A DNA stretch of 63,820 bases, counting the filler, from Octopus bimaculoides (Eukaryota), in NCBI RefSeq assembly GCF_001194135.2. It is 5 parts of 5 records of this genome, joined end to end, with 100 filler letters (N's around TTAATTAATTAA, not from the genome) between each part and the next. Parts side by side here need not be neighbours in the genome. Positions count along the whole stretch, not along the records: positions 29,672 to 55,821 come from NC_069006.1; positions 55,922 to 60,353 come from NW_026378397.1; positions 60,454 to 63,820 come from NC_068992.1; 2 more parts are not named here. One strand, written 5' to 3'. Shown piece after piece: positions 51,168-63,820 of this stretch. The notes under the pieces are model-generated. The model saw nothing but the letters and a program-made list of their open reading frames with translations. It was not told where the DNA came from and searched no databases. The translations under genes were made by a program, and so were the position numbers. Positions within the stretch are counted from its first letter, which is position 1. Each line of letters begins with the position of its first letter.

Positions 51168-53489
51168 TTTAATGTAATATACCTTGGAGGAAGGGACAGT
51201 GTCCCAGGGCGTTCTTGGGTCCTCCTGGACTAGTGGCACTGATCTAATTGGTGGGTCTTCTTTAATTGCTAATTGGTTGTGTTACAAGAAAAATGGGCTG
51301 GGAAGGAATTTCAGCAAGGGGGAGGGTGTGGTGGTGAGGAAGGATTGGACATAGGTGTCCCGTCCAGTGGGGAATGTCTATGCTACTAGAAATAGAGGCC
51401 AACCGTCCCTCATTGTATCCTGACATTTTAAATAAAGTAACATTACATTGGAGAGTGTGGTCCTATGCAGCTTTAAACCGACGGGGATGGTCACAACTGG
51501 AAGATCTTTCATAATAGATCTGTCGAATGAGGGTTGATTTGGAACTGAACACCCCCGCCACCCCACCCCGAATCTATTTGTAATATTACTCTTACTCCAC
51601 CCTGTAATAGTATCCCATCCTCTTCTGGACCAATCTTCTGCAATTAACTAATTAATTGCCCAATCAGGAATGTCTGTTGTTGTTGTTGTTGTTGTTGGAA
51701 TTGTTGTCGTCATTATCAGACACTCTTCATGCACACATATGCACGCACACACACACACACACATGCACATACACACTCACTCATTGACACTCAATGCACA
51801 ACACACACATCCATTTACACATGCTCATATACACACGCTCATTGTGCACTCACGCATGCTCACACACACATTATCCTTACATGTAAGAACAATGAGAACC
51901 ATAGAAATGTCTTTTTCCAATGTTCTCCCATCAGTCCCATTCCCTTCTATATCCCTTCTCTATTCTTGAAACCCACCCGCTAACACACACACACACACAC
52001 ACATTATCTGAATGTCTTGTCAGATAATGAATGGGTTAAGGGTTCACCATTGTTGCTGATTAGGGCATCAGTAGGCCTGAATTTGACCCCAGTCAAAAAC
52101 AATCCAGCTGTGACCATCTCTTTTTTTGAAACATAGTTTATCTTGGATTACATTTCCCAATACTGGGAGGGTCATTACACAAATGATAACACACGCACTG
52201 GTTCATGATCACTTCTTTATTGTTAGTCGATTGGTTAATCATTTTGTTGTTTGGTTGGTTAATCAGTTAATAAAGAAATGACAACAAAGAAGTGATGCTG
52301 AACCAGTGTGTGTGTTATTACTACTGGTGTAGTGACCCACCCATGACACCAACAAGATTTGTTTTGACGAATTCACATCAGGAATCTTGCAAACCAAATA
52401 TGAAAATAGAATTGTTCTGTATGTTTCTCCTCTAACCTAAAGCTAGCAGAATGGTATTTGAGAGAGATTTGACTGCTATTTCTAGCAGTTTCTTAGTGCT
52501 CCTTCATGTTGCTGAAGAAGGTGAAACATAAACGTCAGTGTTTGGCTGCGGAGGAGGAGGTGGGTGAGGGTTGGTAGTTTGTCTGTGGTGGCGCCAACCT
52601 GTCTGTTGAAGGAGGAGACAGACCATGTGGCAGCAGAAGGTTTTTATGACAGAGAAAGAGAGAGAAACAGAGACAAGCTGACAGGTCTTGGAGAAAAATC
52701 TTCTCCTTCTTCCACAGCAATTTCTTTGGTGGGAGTTGGGGTGGGGGGTGGAGGTGATGATGATGGAGGGGAGGGAATAACAGACTTCCCTGTTTTTTTT
52801 TTTATTCAACTTTTCTTCCTCTTTCTCCTGCTTTCGACCCAGGATACTGAAGTAGTAAAATGCTTGTTAAGATAATGGTACTGTGTACTGCTTNNNNNNN
52901 NNNNNNNNNNNNNNNNNNNNNNNNNNNNNNNNNNNNNNNNNNNNNNNNNNNNNNNNNNNNNNNNNNNNNNNNNNNNNNNNNNNNNNNNNNNNNNNNNNNN
53001 NNNNNNNNNNNNNNNNNNNNNNNNNNNNNNNNNNNNNNNNNNNNNNNNNNNNNNNNNNNNNNNNNNNNNNNNNNNNNNNNNNNNNNNNNNNNNNNNNNNN
53101 NNNNNNNNNNNNNNNNNNNNNNNNNNNNNNNNNNNNNNNNNNNNNNNNNNNNNNNNNNNNNNNNNNNNNNNNNNNNNNNNNNNNNNNNNNNNNNNNNNNN
53201 NNNNNNNNNNNNNNNNNNNNNNNNNNAGCATGTGTAAAAAACCATAAAGGTAAAATCATCAATTAATAATTAAGGGGACTAATAGGCAGTACTAGCATGC
53301 TAAACATAACAGTTAAAATGAGCCAAACCACAAATTTTCATCTAAACACAAAGGTGAAGCTGGGCAAATGAACAAAAACCCCAAATCCTCAAAAATAATC
53401 GAAAATTGAAAAAGTTCAATTTTCGATGTGGTTTGAATCATTTTGACTGCTATTTTACCATGCTGGTACTTCCTGTAGTACCTTTAATT

Positions 53490-54260
53490 CATCATCATCG
53501 TTGTTTAATGTCTGCTTTCCATGCTGGCATGGGTTGGATAGTTTGACTGAGGGTTGGCAAGCTAGAAGGCTGCACCAGGCTCCTGATCTGGTAAAGTTTT
53601 TACAGCTGGATGCCCTTCCTAACGCCAACCACTCTGAGACTGCAGTGGGTGCTTTTTACGTGCCAGTGGCACAAGGGCCAGTCAGAGCCCACTGGCATTG
53701 ACCATGCTTGAATAGTGCTTTTTACGTGCCAGTCAGGCAGTACTGTCATCGGCCACGACAATGACTTCACTTGCCTCAATAGGTCTTTGCAAGCATAGTT
53801 TATTGCCCAATGATTGAAGAGTACTCTTAGATGGGCTGGTTATGCTGCACTGGCCTAGGCCACGGTTACAGTCTCACTTGGCTTGCTGGGTCTTCTCAAG
53901 CACAGCATGTCTCCAAAGTCTCAGTCACCTGTCATTGCCTCTGTCAGGCCCAACGTTTGACGGTCATGCTTCACCACCTCATCACATGTCTTCCTGGGTC
54001 TCCTCTTCCATTGGGTCCTTCAACTGCTAGGGTGAGACACTTTTTCACATAGCTGCCCTCATCCATACGTATCACATGACCACACAGTCATCTCTTGCAC
54101 ACCATATCTCATGCTTTTTATGTCCAATTTTTCTCTCAGGCTGCTTACACACCCAGTGGAGTATACTGGCTTCGTTCCTTGCAAGCTTACGCACATCCTC
54201 AGCAGTCACAGCCCATGTTTCACTGCCGTATTATTTCATTACATAATGTAGTCCATTGCA
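53490..54260 (-). mobile_element. RTE LINE 3' end (RT C-terminus plus family D UTR)
   Basis: YGSETWAVTAEDVRKLARNEAS, GHVIRMDEGSYVKKCLTL, joined to the family D tail and (GAT)n; identifies family D as an RTE 3' UTR. Confidence 0.85.
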
Positions 54261-55783
54261 GATGTGTTTTATGTGAGAGATAGAAATAAGATAGGTTCGT
54301 CATGGGTGGATTGCATGATGAAGGGTGACTGGTGGTGGGGTTGGGGTAAACTGTAACAACAACAACACCTTTCTTGAAGGTGGTGATGGGGGGGGGGTAA
54401 CCTATTCATTGATGGTTTCTGTTTATGTCAGGGTTGTCTGTCAAGTTTATTGGGGAGGGTGATGTGGGGTGGATAAAGGGTAGCCGAGATGGAGTGGATA
54501 CGGTGTGGTGGGTGGGGGTAAACGAAGGTTTGGGGTGGNNNNNNNNNNNNNNNNNNNNNNNNNNNNNNNNNNNNNNNNNNNNNNNNNNNNNNNNNNNNNN
54601 NNNNNNNNNNNNNNNNNNNNNNNNNNNNNNNNNNNNNNNNNNNNNNNNNNNNNNNNNNNNNNNNNNNNNNNNNNNNNNNNNNNNNNATCCCAGCAGCTTG
54701 ATGTCAGGTGGGGGTGGGGGTTGCTGGGCCCCTCTGAGACTTAAAACATGGCAGTTCACAACTGGAAGATAAAAATCTTCTGTAAGATTGAAGAACTACA
54801 ACAGCTGGGAGCTGGGTGGCGGAGTGGGTGGGGGAGGGGGTTGGTGTGCGCCTCTGAAGAGGGATTGTGTAATTCTGCTGAAAATGAGCAAAGGAGGAAT
54901 GTATATACGTGTGTGTGTGGGTGAATAAACATACCTAGGTAGACTGGAGCCTGGTGCAGCCTTCCACTGTGCCAGTCCAGTCAAACCATCCCACCCATGC
55001 CAGCATGGACAATGGACGTTAAATGATGATGACTGACCAGTGACTAAACAGTGACATGGAAGGACATGGCTGGGGTTAAACAACAACAACAACAGCAACC
55101 ATTAATGGAAGAGGTTGTGAAGTGTGGGGGGTTGGGGGTGAGTTAGCTGACCAATGTGGGAGATGGCCCTTAACGTTGAAGGCAGAAACTGAAGCCTGGC
55201 ATCAGATGGTGTCTCTATCTTGGGATCAGTTGTCTCTATTGTAACCAATGGAGACATCAATGGGTGAGGGAGGAGATGTGGTGGATGGTGGGGGAGGGAG
55301 TGTACGCCACCACCACCACCGCTGTGTTTATGTTACTCAATGTTGATGTTTTTATTTAATGGTTTTTGTGGAGAAATTAACGTATTCAATGTTATCAAAT
55401 GACAGGCAGTTGTAGACACACACACACACTCATATATATACATACTCTTACACACACACACACACACACATATGTATTATGTTACTTGTGGTGGTTGTGG
55501 GGGGGGGAGTATGAAGAAGGAGTTGGTCTTCGCGATCTGTTAACATAGTTGTAGTAGTAGTAGTGGTGGTGGTGGTGGTGGTAGTAGTAGTGTAAGTTTT
55601 CTGAGTTCATAAGATTGGTTGGTCAGTGATCGGTCAGTCAGGTTTCTCTGGTCATGCAGAAAAAAATGAAATCATAATTAACTGATCCTCCTGTATTTTT
55701 TTTACCCAAAGCCAAGAACTTGCAGCATCCCCTCATGTGTATATGTGTGTATATATGCGTGTGTGTGTGTATGTATTTATGTA

Positions 55784-55814
<31 letters not shown>

Positions 55815-55821
55815 TTGTGTG

Positions 55822-55921
55822 NNNNNNNNNNNNNNNNNNNNNNNNNNNNNNNNNNNNNNNNNNNNTTAATTAATTAANNNNNNNNNNNNNNNNNNNNNNN
55901 NNNNNNNNNNNNNNNNNNNNN
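55822..55921. other. Artificial scaffold join
   Basis: 44 N + TTAATTAATTAA + 44 N. Confidence 0.95.
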
Positions 55922-55997
55922 ATATACACAAACATACATACATATATATATACATACATATATACACACATACACATATATATATATATACACAGAC

Positions 55998-56045
<48 letters not shown>

Positions 56046-56073
56046 GCATACATATATAAGCACACACACACAC

Positions 56074-56111
<38 letters not shown>

Positions 56112-56463
56112 GAATCTATATATACATAAACATATACACAGATACAAACACACCCACGTACAAACACACACACACACACAAACACACACACATTCACACC
56201 AAACTCCGATATATTCTATACACAGCAGCTGGTTAATCTCCCAGTGATTGGAAATTTTTTTCAGCAGAAAGTTGCAGCCATCTGCTTATCAACCACCACA
56301 CACACATACATGATGCAGCTGCTACTGCCACCGCTGCCGCAGCCGCAGCCGCCGTCACCTTCGACGCTTCTACTGCTGCTGCTGCTGCTGCTCGTTCGTA
56401 TACATCGGCTTTCCTCTCTCTGCTATACACACACATATATATATGATATATATATATGATATA

Positions 56464-56506
<43 letters not shown>

Positions 56507-58024
56507 NNNNNNNNNNNNNNNNNNNNNNNNNNNNNNNNNNNNNNNNNNNNNNNNNNNNNNNNNNNNNNNNNNNNNNNNNNNNNNNNNNNNNNNNNNNNNN
56601 NNNNNNNNNNNNNNNNNNNNNNNNNNNNNNNNNNNNNNNNNNNNNNNNNNNNNNNNNNNNNNNNNNNNNNNNNNNNNNNNNNNNNNNNNNNNNNNNNNNN
56701 NNNNNNNNNNNNNNNNNNNNNNNNNNNNNNNNNNNNNNNNNNNNNNNNNNNNNNNNNNNNNNNNNNNNNNNNNNNNNNNNNNNNNNNNNNNNNNNNNNNN
56801 NNNNNNNNNNNNNNNNNNNNNNNNNNNNNNNNNNNNNNNNNNNNNNNNNNNNNNNNNNNNNNNNNNNNNNNNNNNNNNNNNNNNNNNNNNNNNNNNNNNN
56901 NNNNNNNNNNNNNNNNNNNNNNNNNNNNNNNNNNNNNNNNNNNNNNNNNNNNNNNNNNNNNNNNNNNNNNNNNNNNNNNNNNNNNNNNNNNNNNNNNNNN
57001 NNNNNNNNNNNNNNNNNNNNNNNNNNNNNNNNNNNNNNNNNNNNNNNNNNNNNNNNNNNNNNNNNNNNNNNNNNNNNNNNNNNNNNNNNNNNNNNNNNNN
57101 NNNNNNNNNNNNNNNNNNNNNNNNNNNNNNNNNNNNNNNNNNNNNNNNNNNNNNNNNNNNNNNNNNNNNNNNNNNNNNNNNNNNNNNNNNNNNNNNNNNN
57201 NNNNNNNNNNNNNNNNNNNNNNNNNNNNNNNNNNNNNNNNNNNNNNNNNNNNNNNNNNNNNNNNNNNNNNNNNNNNNNNNNNNNNNNNNNNNNNNNNNTT
57301 ACATAAGCTTGGACGAATATATACACCCCCACCCATTGTCTGTGTGTGTATATATGTGTGTGTGTTATATATATGTATATATATATATATATATAAAACA
57401 GAAAGTCTATCTCAAAAGAGATATACACATAGCTTACATAAGCTTGGACGAATATATACACCCCCACCCATTGTCTGTGTGTGTATATATGTGTGTGTAT
57501 ATATACAGAGAGAGGGAGGGAAAGAGAGAGTAGAGTGAGCATGTATAATGTATTCTTTATCTGTCTCAATAGAAACACACATGTACACTTCTATCAACGT
57601 ATATACACTCACTCTCTCTACACATTGTTATGTATCAATGCATATGTGTACGTGTGCGTATACACACACACAAACACACATACATGCAGTCATACACATA
57701 GATTTGATGGAACTAATAGTATTGAAACAGAATATAAAACAGTATGTATATGTGTGAGTGCATGTACAACAAAAGAGAGAGAGAGAGAAAGAAAAGGAGA
57801 GAAAGAGAGAAAGAGAGAGGGAGAGAGAGAACACACACACACACACACACACACATGCAGCAGCAGTAATTTTGAATAAGCTCCCACCACTCTCTCACTT
57901 TATCAGTAGTTCAGATGGAAAACTGCAGGTGCTATGTGTGTATGTATGTGTATATATATATAAATATATATACATATATATATATATATACACACACATA
58001 TATGCAAATATATATATATACATG

Positions 58025-58056
<32 letters not shown>

Positions 58057-58069
58057 TACATATATATAT

Positions 58070-58140
<71 letters not shown>

Positions 58141-58278
58141 CATATACACATATATCTATGCATACACACACATATATAATATATACCTGTATATATGTGT
58201 AATATGTGTAATATGTGCAAGGAACGTGAAAATCACGGTGGTGCACCAGCATGACCGCAGCCACTTGGCTGAAACACA

Positions 58279-58309
<31 letters not shown>

Positions 58310-58429
58310 ATATCTAGTGTATAATATACAAAGGACTATATATGGTGTGTGTGTATACAAAGAACTATACACAGTGTCAGTATATGCATGTTTGAGTCCT
58401 CAGTTTAGAGATGCTTACACACATTACCA

Positions 58430-58790
58430 TAATCATCATCTGCTTTTCCATGTCGGATGGGATTAATGGCAGCAGATTTCCTGTGGTCGGACGGAAGTCC
58501 TTCCTATGCCCAGCCCTCACCTGTTTCCAGACATGCTCTTACAGAATCCTCATCGCTGGCATGGGTTGGATGGTTTGACTGAGGTGGCATGCTGGAAGGC
58601 TACGCCAGGATCCAGTCTGGTTTGGTATGGTTTTCTATGGCTGGATGCCCTTCCTAATGCCAACCACTTGGAGAATGTAATGGGTGCTTTTACATGCCAC
58701 CAGCATGGGTACCATTTGCGTGACACCGGCATCTGCTATGACTGCGATTTTGCTCAGCTTGAGGGGTCTTCTTCTAAAGCACGGTGTAAT
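58430..58790 (-). mobile_element. Family D (RTE 3' UTR)
   Basis: GCTGGCATGGGTTGGATGGTTTGACTGAG..GGATGCCCTTCCTAATGCCAACCAC. Confidence 0.75.
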
Positions 58791-59430
58791 NNNNNNNNNN
58801 NNNNNNNNNNNNNNNNNNNNNNNNNNNNNNNNNNNNNNNNNNNNNNNNNNNNNNNNNNNNNNNNNNNNNNNNNNNNNNNNNNNNNNNNNNNNNNNNNNNN
58901 NNNNNNNNNNNNNNNNNNNNNNNNNNNNNNNNNNNNNNNNNNNNNNNNNNNNNNNNNNNNNNNNNNNNNNNNNNNNNNNNNNNNNNNNNNNNNNNNNNNN
59001 NNNNNNNNNNNNNNNNNNNNNNNNNNNNNNNNNNNNNNNNNNNNNNNNNNNNNNNNNNNNNNNNNNNNNNNNNNNNNNNNNNNNNNNNNNNNNNNNNNNN
59101 NNNNNNNNNNNNNNNNNNNNNNNNNNNNNNNNNNNNNNNNNNNNNNNNNNNNNNNNNNNNNNNNNNNNNNNNNNNNNNNNNNNNNNNNNNNNNNNNNNNN
59201 NNNNNNNNNNNNNNNNNNNNNNNNNNNNNNNNNNNNNNNNNNNNNNNNNNNNNNNNNNNNNNNNNNNNNNNNNNNNNNNNNNNNNNNNNNNNNNNNNNNN
59301 NNNNNNNNNNNNNNNNNNNNNNNNNNNNNNNNNNNNNNNNNNNNNNNNNNNNNNNNNNNNNNNNNNNNNNNNNNNNNNNNNNNNNNNNNNNNNNNNNNNN
59401 NNNNNNNNNNNNNNNNNNNNNNNNNNNNNN

Positions 59431-59660
59431 GTGTGTATATGTTTGTGTGTCTGTGTTTGTCCCCCCGACATCGCTTGACAACCGATGCTGGTGTGTTTAT
59501 GTCCCCGTAACTTAGCGGTTCGGCAAAAGAGACCTATAGAATAAGTACTAGGCTTCTAAAGAATAAGTCCTGGGGTCGATTCGCTCGGCTAAAAGGTGGT
59601 GCTCCAGCATGGCCACAGTCAAAAAGACTGAAACAAGTAAAAGAGTAAAAGAGTAAAAGA
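59431..59660 (+). mobile_element. SINE family A, 3' half
   Basis: Near-identical to 3595-3811. Confidence 0.9.
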
Positions 59661-59671
59661 GTAGATATATA

Positions 59672-59716
<45 letters not shown>

Positions 59717-59718
<2 letters not shown>

Positions 59719-60016
59719 AGGCGGTATCAAAAAGTTCCTGGGCTAGTTCTGTAGTGCACCAACAGATAGCAGCACATGGTTGTGTGTGCAGTGACAACCA
59801 GTAGTGACCTTCATGAAGCAGTATGTCGAGTGACATTGCTGTGTTTACTTTGCGAGTTGGGAGATTGTGCCTTCGAGAACACATGTGCTGTAGCCTGCGA
59901 TTTTTGTCAGAGACAAGAACAAAGAGCCAACAGGAAATTTAGCGTTCAACTTAGGAAGTCTGCTACAGAAGCACTGAGCATGCTTCAAGAAGTTTATGGC
60001 GACGAAGCAATGGATC
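59717..60016 (+). mobile_element. Mariner 5' end (TIR plus HTH start), truncated by a SINE
   Basis: TA then CAAGGCGGTATCAAAAAGTTCC; EQRANRKFSVQLRKSATEALSMLQEVYGDEAM. Confidence 0.75.
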
Positions 60017-60021
60017 ATGTT

Positions 60022-60353
60022 GTTGTTGTTGGTACTCCGTCGCTTACGACGTCGAGGGTTCCAGTTGATCCGATCAACGGAACAGCCTGCTCGTGAAATT
60101 AACGTGCAAGTGGCTGAGCACTCCACAGACACGTGTACCCTTAACGTAGTTCTCGGGGGATATTCAGCGTGACACAGAGTGTGACAAGGCTGGCCCCTTT
60201 GAATGACAGGCACAACAGAAACAGGAAGTAAGAGTGAGAGAAAGTTATGGTGAAAGAGTACAGCAGGGTTCGCCACCATCCCCTGTGAAATTAACGTGCA
60301 AGTGGCTGAGCACTCCACAGACACGTGTACCCTTAACGTAGTTCTCGGGGGAT
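60022..60353 (-). mobile_element. SINE family C, 3' part
   Basis: Matches 10040-10295; (CAA)n tail; 69-bp exact duplication 60093-60161 / 60285-60353 before the join. Confidence 0.9.
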
Positions 60354-60453
60354 NNNNNNNNNNNNNNNNNNNNNNNNNNNNNNNNNNNNNNNNNNNNTTA
60401 ATTAATTAANNNNNNNNNNNNNNNNNNNNNNNNNNNNNNNNNNNNNNNNNNNN
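60354..60453. other. Artificial scaffold join
   Basis: 44 N + TTAATTAATTAA + 44 N. Confidence 0.95.
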
Positions 60454-60454
60454 T

Positions 60455-60770
60455 GTTGTTTCTGTGGTTGTTAGTTCCGTGACGGCCAGGTTTATGCTAT
60501 TTATTATTGATGTTGTTTTATTGTCTATTTTGATTTTTGGGAGATATAATCTGTGGTCCATTCTAAGATCTGTGGTTTTCAGTTCTTTGGTTATTTTAAT
60601 TTTCATAGTATCGTAATTATTAGGTTTCCTTTCGTTATTTCCAGGTTTTATATTTGTTTTGCCTTCCTTTTCATTCATATGTTTGTCTGTGGTGTTCTGG
60701 TTTGGTGCTTTTTGTACACTATTATCCATCTCTACGGTCTGGGTTTGTTGTTTTTTGTTTACTTCGTTTT
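60455..60770 (-). mobile_element. Probable Dong/R4 ORF N-terminal fragment
   Basis: RLYLPKIKIDNKTTSIINSINLAVTEL; preceded on its own strand by (AAT)n. Confidence 0.45.
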
Positions 60771-60776
60771 TGCCGG

Positions 60777-60828
<52 letters not shown>

Positions 60829-61064
60829 GCATCTTCTTTCAGTTCAGTTCTATTTCCATTTCCTGCCGAGTGTTTTCCTGACACATGGGGCAGAGAAATG
60901 TACTGTATACATTGGTAGGCCATTTAAACAAGCACACCATATTGTTCATTTACAGAGTCATGCGATAGAGAAAAGGGGGAAGACTGAGAAGAAGTAAAAA
61001 ATAAAAAATAGAAACGTAAACAAATAAAATAAAGTGGGGGAAAAAGGGAGAGAAAATTCACAGC

Positions 61065-61245
61065 GACAGTGCTCTTCTCAATACGTGTGATGTACCAGTT
61101 AAGACAATCTTTTGCACATCCTGCATGGATGGTAAGCCAGGGATCATTCTTAAATAATTTTCAGCTCCATTGTTTGATCATTCTAAGTGCTCCTACAATC
61201 ACTGGTATTGTAGCCGTCTTGAGATGCCACATCCTTTCGATTTCG

Positions 61246-61308
<63 letters not shown>

Positions 61309-61500
61309 GCCTTTGCACAGCATCTAACGCTGGAGATGTACTACAGTGTCACTTGTTCACCACCAGTGAACTAAGATAACACCTTTCATTTTTCGAGCAC
61401 CTTCCGGAGTATTCGAGCGGTTCCAAGCAGTGCTGTTTTCTGCAAGTGCTCCACCCTTATTGCAGCCCCTATTTGTTCCACGTACTTCTCGATCGAGATT
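61065..61500 (-). mobile_element. Two Dong/R4 3'-end fragments separated by (AAT)n
   Basis: EIERMWHLKTATIPVIVGAL (61065-61245) and VEHLQKTALLGTARILRKVLEK* with UTR ending in (AAT)n (61310-61500). Confidence 0.75.
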
Positions 61501-61850
61501 TTTGTTAGCACCTCGGGCAAAATGCTTTAGCGGTAATTCGTCCGTCTAAACGTTCTGAGTTCATGTTGCGCCGAAGTCGACTTTGCTTTTCATCCTTTCA
61601 AGGTCGGTAAATTAAGTACCAGTGAAACACTGGGGGTCGATGTAATCGAATACTCCCCTCCTCCTAAATTTAAGGCCATGTGCCTTTAGTAGGAAGGATT
61701 ATTATTATTGCTGTTGTTGTTGTTGTTATAAATATATAAATAGAGCGTCGTTGACCCCAGAACCTAAAGTCGGTGAAAATTCCGCTAAGCACTTTTTCCA
61801 GCACAGTAAAAAAATTTTCAGGTCGCCGCCATGTAGTAAATTCATCTAAC

Positions 61851-61927
<77 letters not shown>

Positions 61928-62140
61928 GGCAGCGTGCTGGCAGAATTGTTAGCACGCCGGACGAAATGCTTAGCGGTATTTCGTCCGTCGCTATGTTCTG
62001 AGTCCAAATTCTGCCGAGGTCGACTTTACCTTTCATCTTTTCGGGGCCGATAAATTAAGTACCAGTTGAGTACTGGGGTCGATGTAATCGACTTTCCCCC
62101 TCCCGAAAATTTCAGGCCTTGTGCCCATAGTAGAAAGGAT
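61500..62140 (+). mobile_element. Two SINE family B copies (CpG intact) with (ATT)n between them
   Basis: Copies at ~61500-61700 and 61927-62140. Confidence 0.85.
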
Positions 62141-62191
62141 TATTAAATGCTAATAATTATATAGCGAACAGTTTTCGATTCGTTCTTGTTA

Positions 62192-62889
62192 CGACGGAGA
62201 GTCAAAAATTATACACACTCTTTTTTGTTTTTCAATGTATTTACACAAAAGCAGGGGATAAGCAAGTCCGTCAGCTTTCTACATCGCGTCCATCCTTTTC
62301 GAGGCACTTGGTCGAGCGGTCCACAAGTTTGTGTATTCCCTCCAAGAAGAAGGTTTCCGGTTGGTCGTGCAACCATTTATGCACCGCTTCCTTCACACCT
62401 TTATCCGTAGGATATCGACGACCTCGTAAACCATCTTTGAGTGGTTCAAAGATCTGATAGTCGGAAAAGGTGAGATCTGGGCTGTAGGTAGGGTGTTCTA
62501 GTACCTCAAAACCCAATTGGTTTCAACGGTCAGGGTGGTCATGTGTGGGCGTGCATTGTCAGGCAACAATAAAACTTTCTTCGACAATAGGGTTCGGCGA
62601 TTGGTAAAAATTTCTGCCCAGCAAAGTACTGTATCTTGCATTGTAGATCGTATAACACTTTTCCAGTGAAATCGGATCACTGTTCTTTGTTCTTCTTTGG
62701 TGCACATTGCTAGTGGAGCGGCCATGCTTACACTGTAAAGCCAGAAAGAAAAATGGCAAGATCAGGCTCAAACTTCGATCACGTGACCACAATAGTACCA
62801 ACTATAAGCACACATGCCTAGAAAGCAGTGTGAAAATAAAAAAAAGATATGATATGGCGAAAATGCGGATAAATTTTGACTTCCTCTCG
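62192..62889 (-). mobile_element. Internally deleted mariner with both TIRs and TA TSD
   Basis: TA at 62190-91 and 62890-91; ends match 21/28 including the TA; MAAPL..EEQRTVIRF fused to LLPDNARPH, HPTYSPDLTFSDY and FFLEGIHKLVDR. Confidence 0.85.
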
Positions 62890-63820
62890 TACACTCCTGT
62901 TAATTAGGATAGAGATACCTGCAGGCATTGTTTAACGAGAGTCAGACCCTTCTGCCGAAACAATGGAAGTGGGGTTCTAATTTAATTGACCCTTTCCTCC
63001 AAATTAGGGAACAATTAGCTTTTAGGGATACAAAAAATAGCAGAAACCCTAAGGCCTATAAATCTGCGAGCTAATGAAGGGTTTGGATATTTCTTTATAT
63101 ATACATATATGTGAGCCTCTGTGAGTGTGTNNNNNNNNNNNNNNNNNNNNNNNNNNNNNNNNNNNNNNNNNNNNNNNNNNNNNNNNNNNNNNNNNNNNNN
63201 NNNNNNNNNNNNNNNNNNNNNNNNNNNNNNATATATATATATATATATATACATATATACACACACATTCCTCACCACACTCACATACGAAATTGCGACT
63301 ACAAGCAGATAAAATGCATATTCTTTGGATATATGTCTAAATGTACTATATATTGCTGGCCTATACCGAAAGCGTTCCGCTAATTTTTGTCTCCCACATG
63401 AAGACAGTTTGAAGCTAGTCATTAAACAGCTGCAACAAATTAAAATCCTATGTATTTCATGCTTTCTCTTAGATTTCTCTTTCCGAAAGGTTCACAAAAA
63501 CTTAAGCTTATATCAAAATATGACCCTTCTGTTCCCCGTATCATCAATTTTACCTCTCTGCCATGTACATATATCATTCCTATTTGAGAAACTTCTCTGC
63601 ATATTTAAATTCTTTTATCTTCTTTTATTTATTTATTTACATCCTTCTGCTTACTTCTGCAAACTGTCTGTATTTTTGTGTCTCTCTCTCACACACACTT
63701 TTTCTGTATATATATATATAATTTTTGTTGTTTACGTTTTGTGATGTCCTGTGCCCACATATGCATATGTATATACGTATACATGTAAGTAGGTACGTAT
63801 ACGTATGTATATATCCCTAT

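Noticed and set aside
56233-56420. Poly-Ala/poly-Gln stretch resembling a transcription-factor exon
   Set aside because: Short (GCT/GCC)n tract between microsatellites with no consistent frame or donor site.
60093-60353. Exact 69-bp duplication within SINE C
   Set aside because: It ends at a contig end and linker, so it is probably a misassembly.

Overview
Eukaryotic, AT-rich, repeat-saturated draft-genome window. About 5.5 kb is N gaps, and four artificial 100-bp joins (44 N + TTAATTAATTAA + 44 N) break it into separately assembled pieces. The SINE repertoire and dense (TA)n/(CA)n/(TATG)n/(AAT)n microsatellites look like an octopus/coleoid genome; this is inference, not proven. No intact host gene, tRNA, rRNA or CRISPR can be supported, and nearly all ORFs in the track are microsatellite or gap read-throughs or decayed transposon fragments. 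Identifiable content is a graveyard of mobile elements: RTE, Dong/R4, Tx1/L1, CR1-like and Penelope-like retroelements, a Gypsy pol remnant, Helitron helicase, hAT-Buster, MULE, mariner, hAT and piggyBac-type MITEs, and at least four tRNA-derived SINE types. Best leads: (1) a near-canonical type-I hammerhead ribozyme motif at 21719-21790; (2) a second hammerhead with an unusually long stem II inside an inverted Penelope-like pLTR pair at 19703-20261; (3) a ~660-bp modular fold-back element with 160-bp arms and a perfect 38-bp palindrome between them; (4) a CpG-decayed domain (~30.6-58.5 kb) readable from SINE copies, suggesting a methylated gene body whose exons I could not identify; (5) an unexplained 95-codon open frame at 15129-15416.
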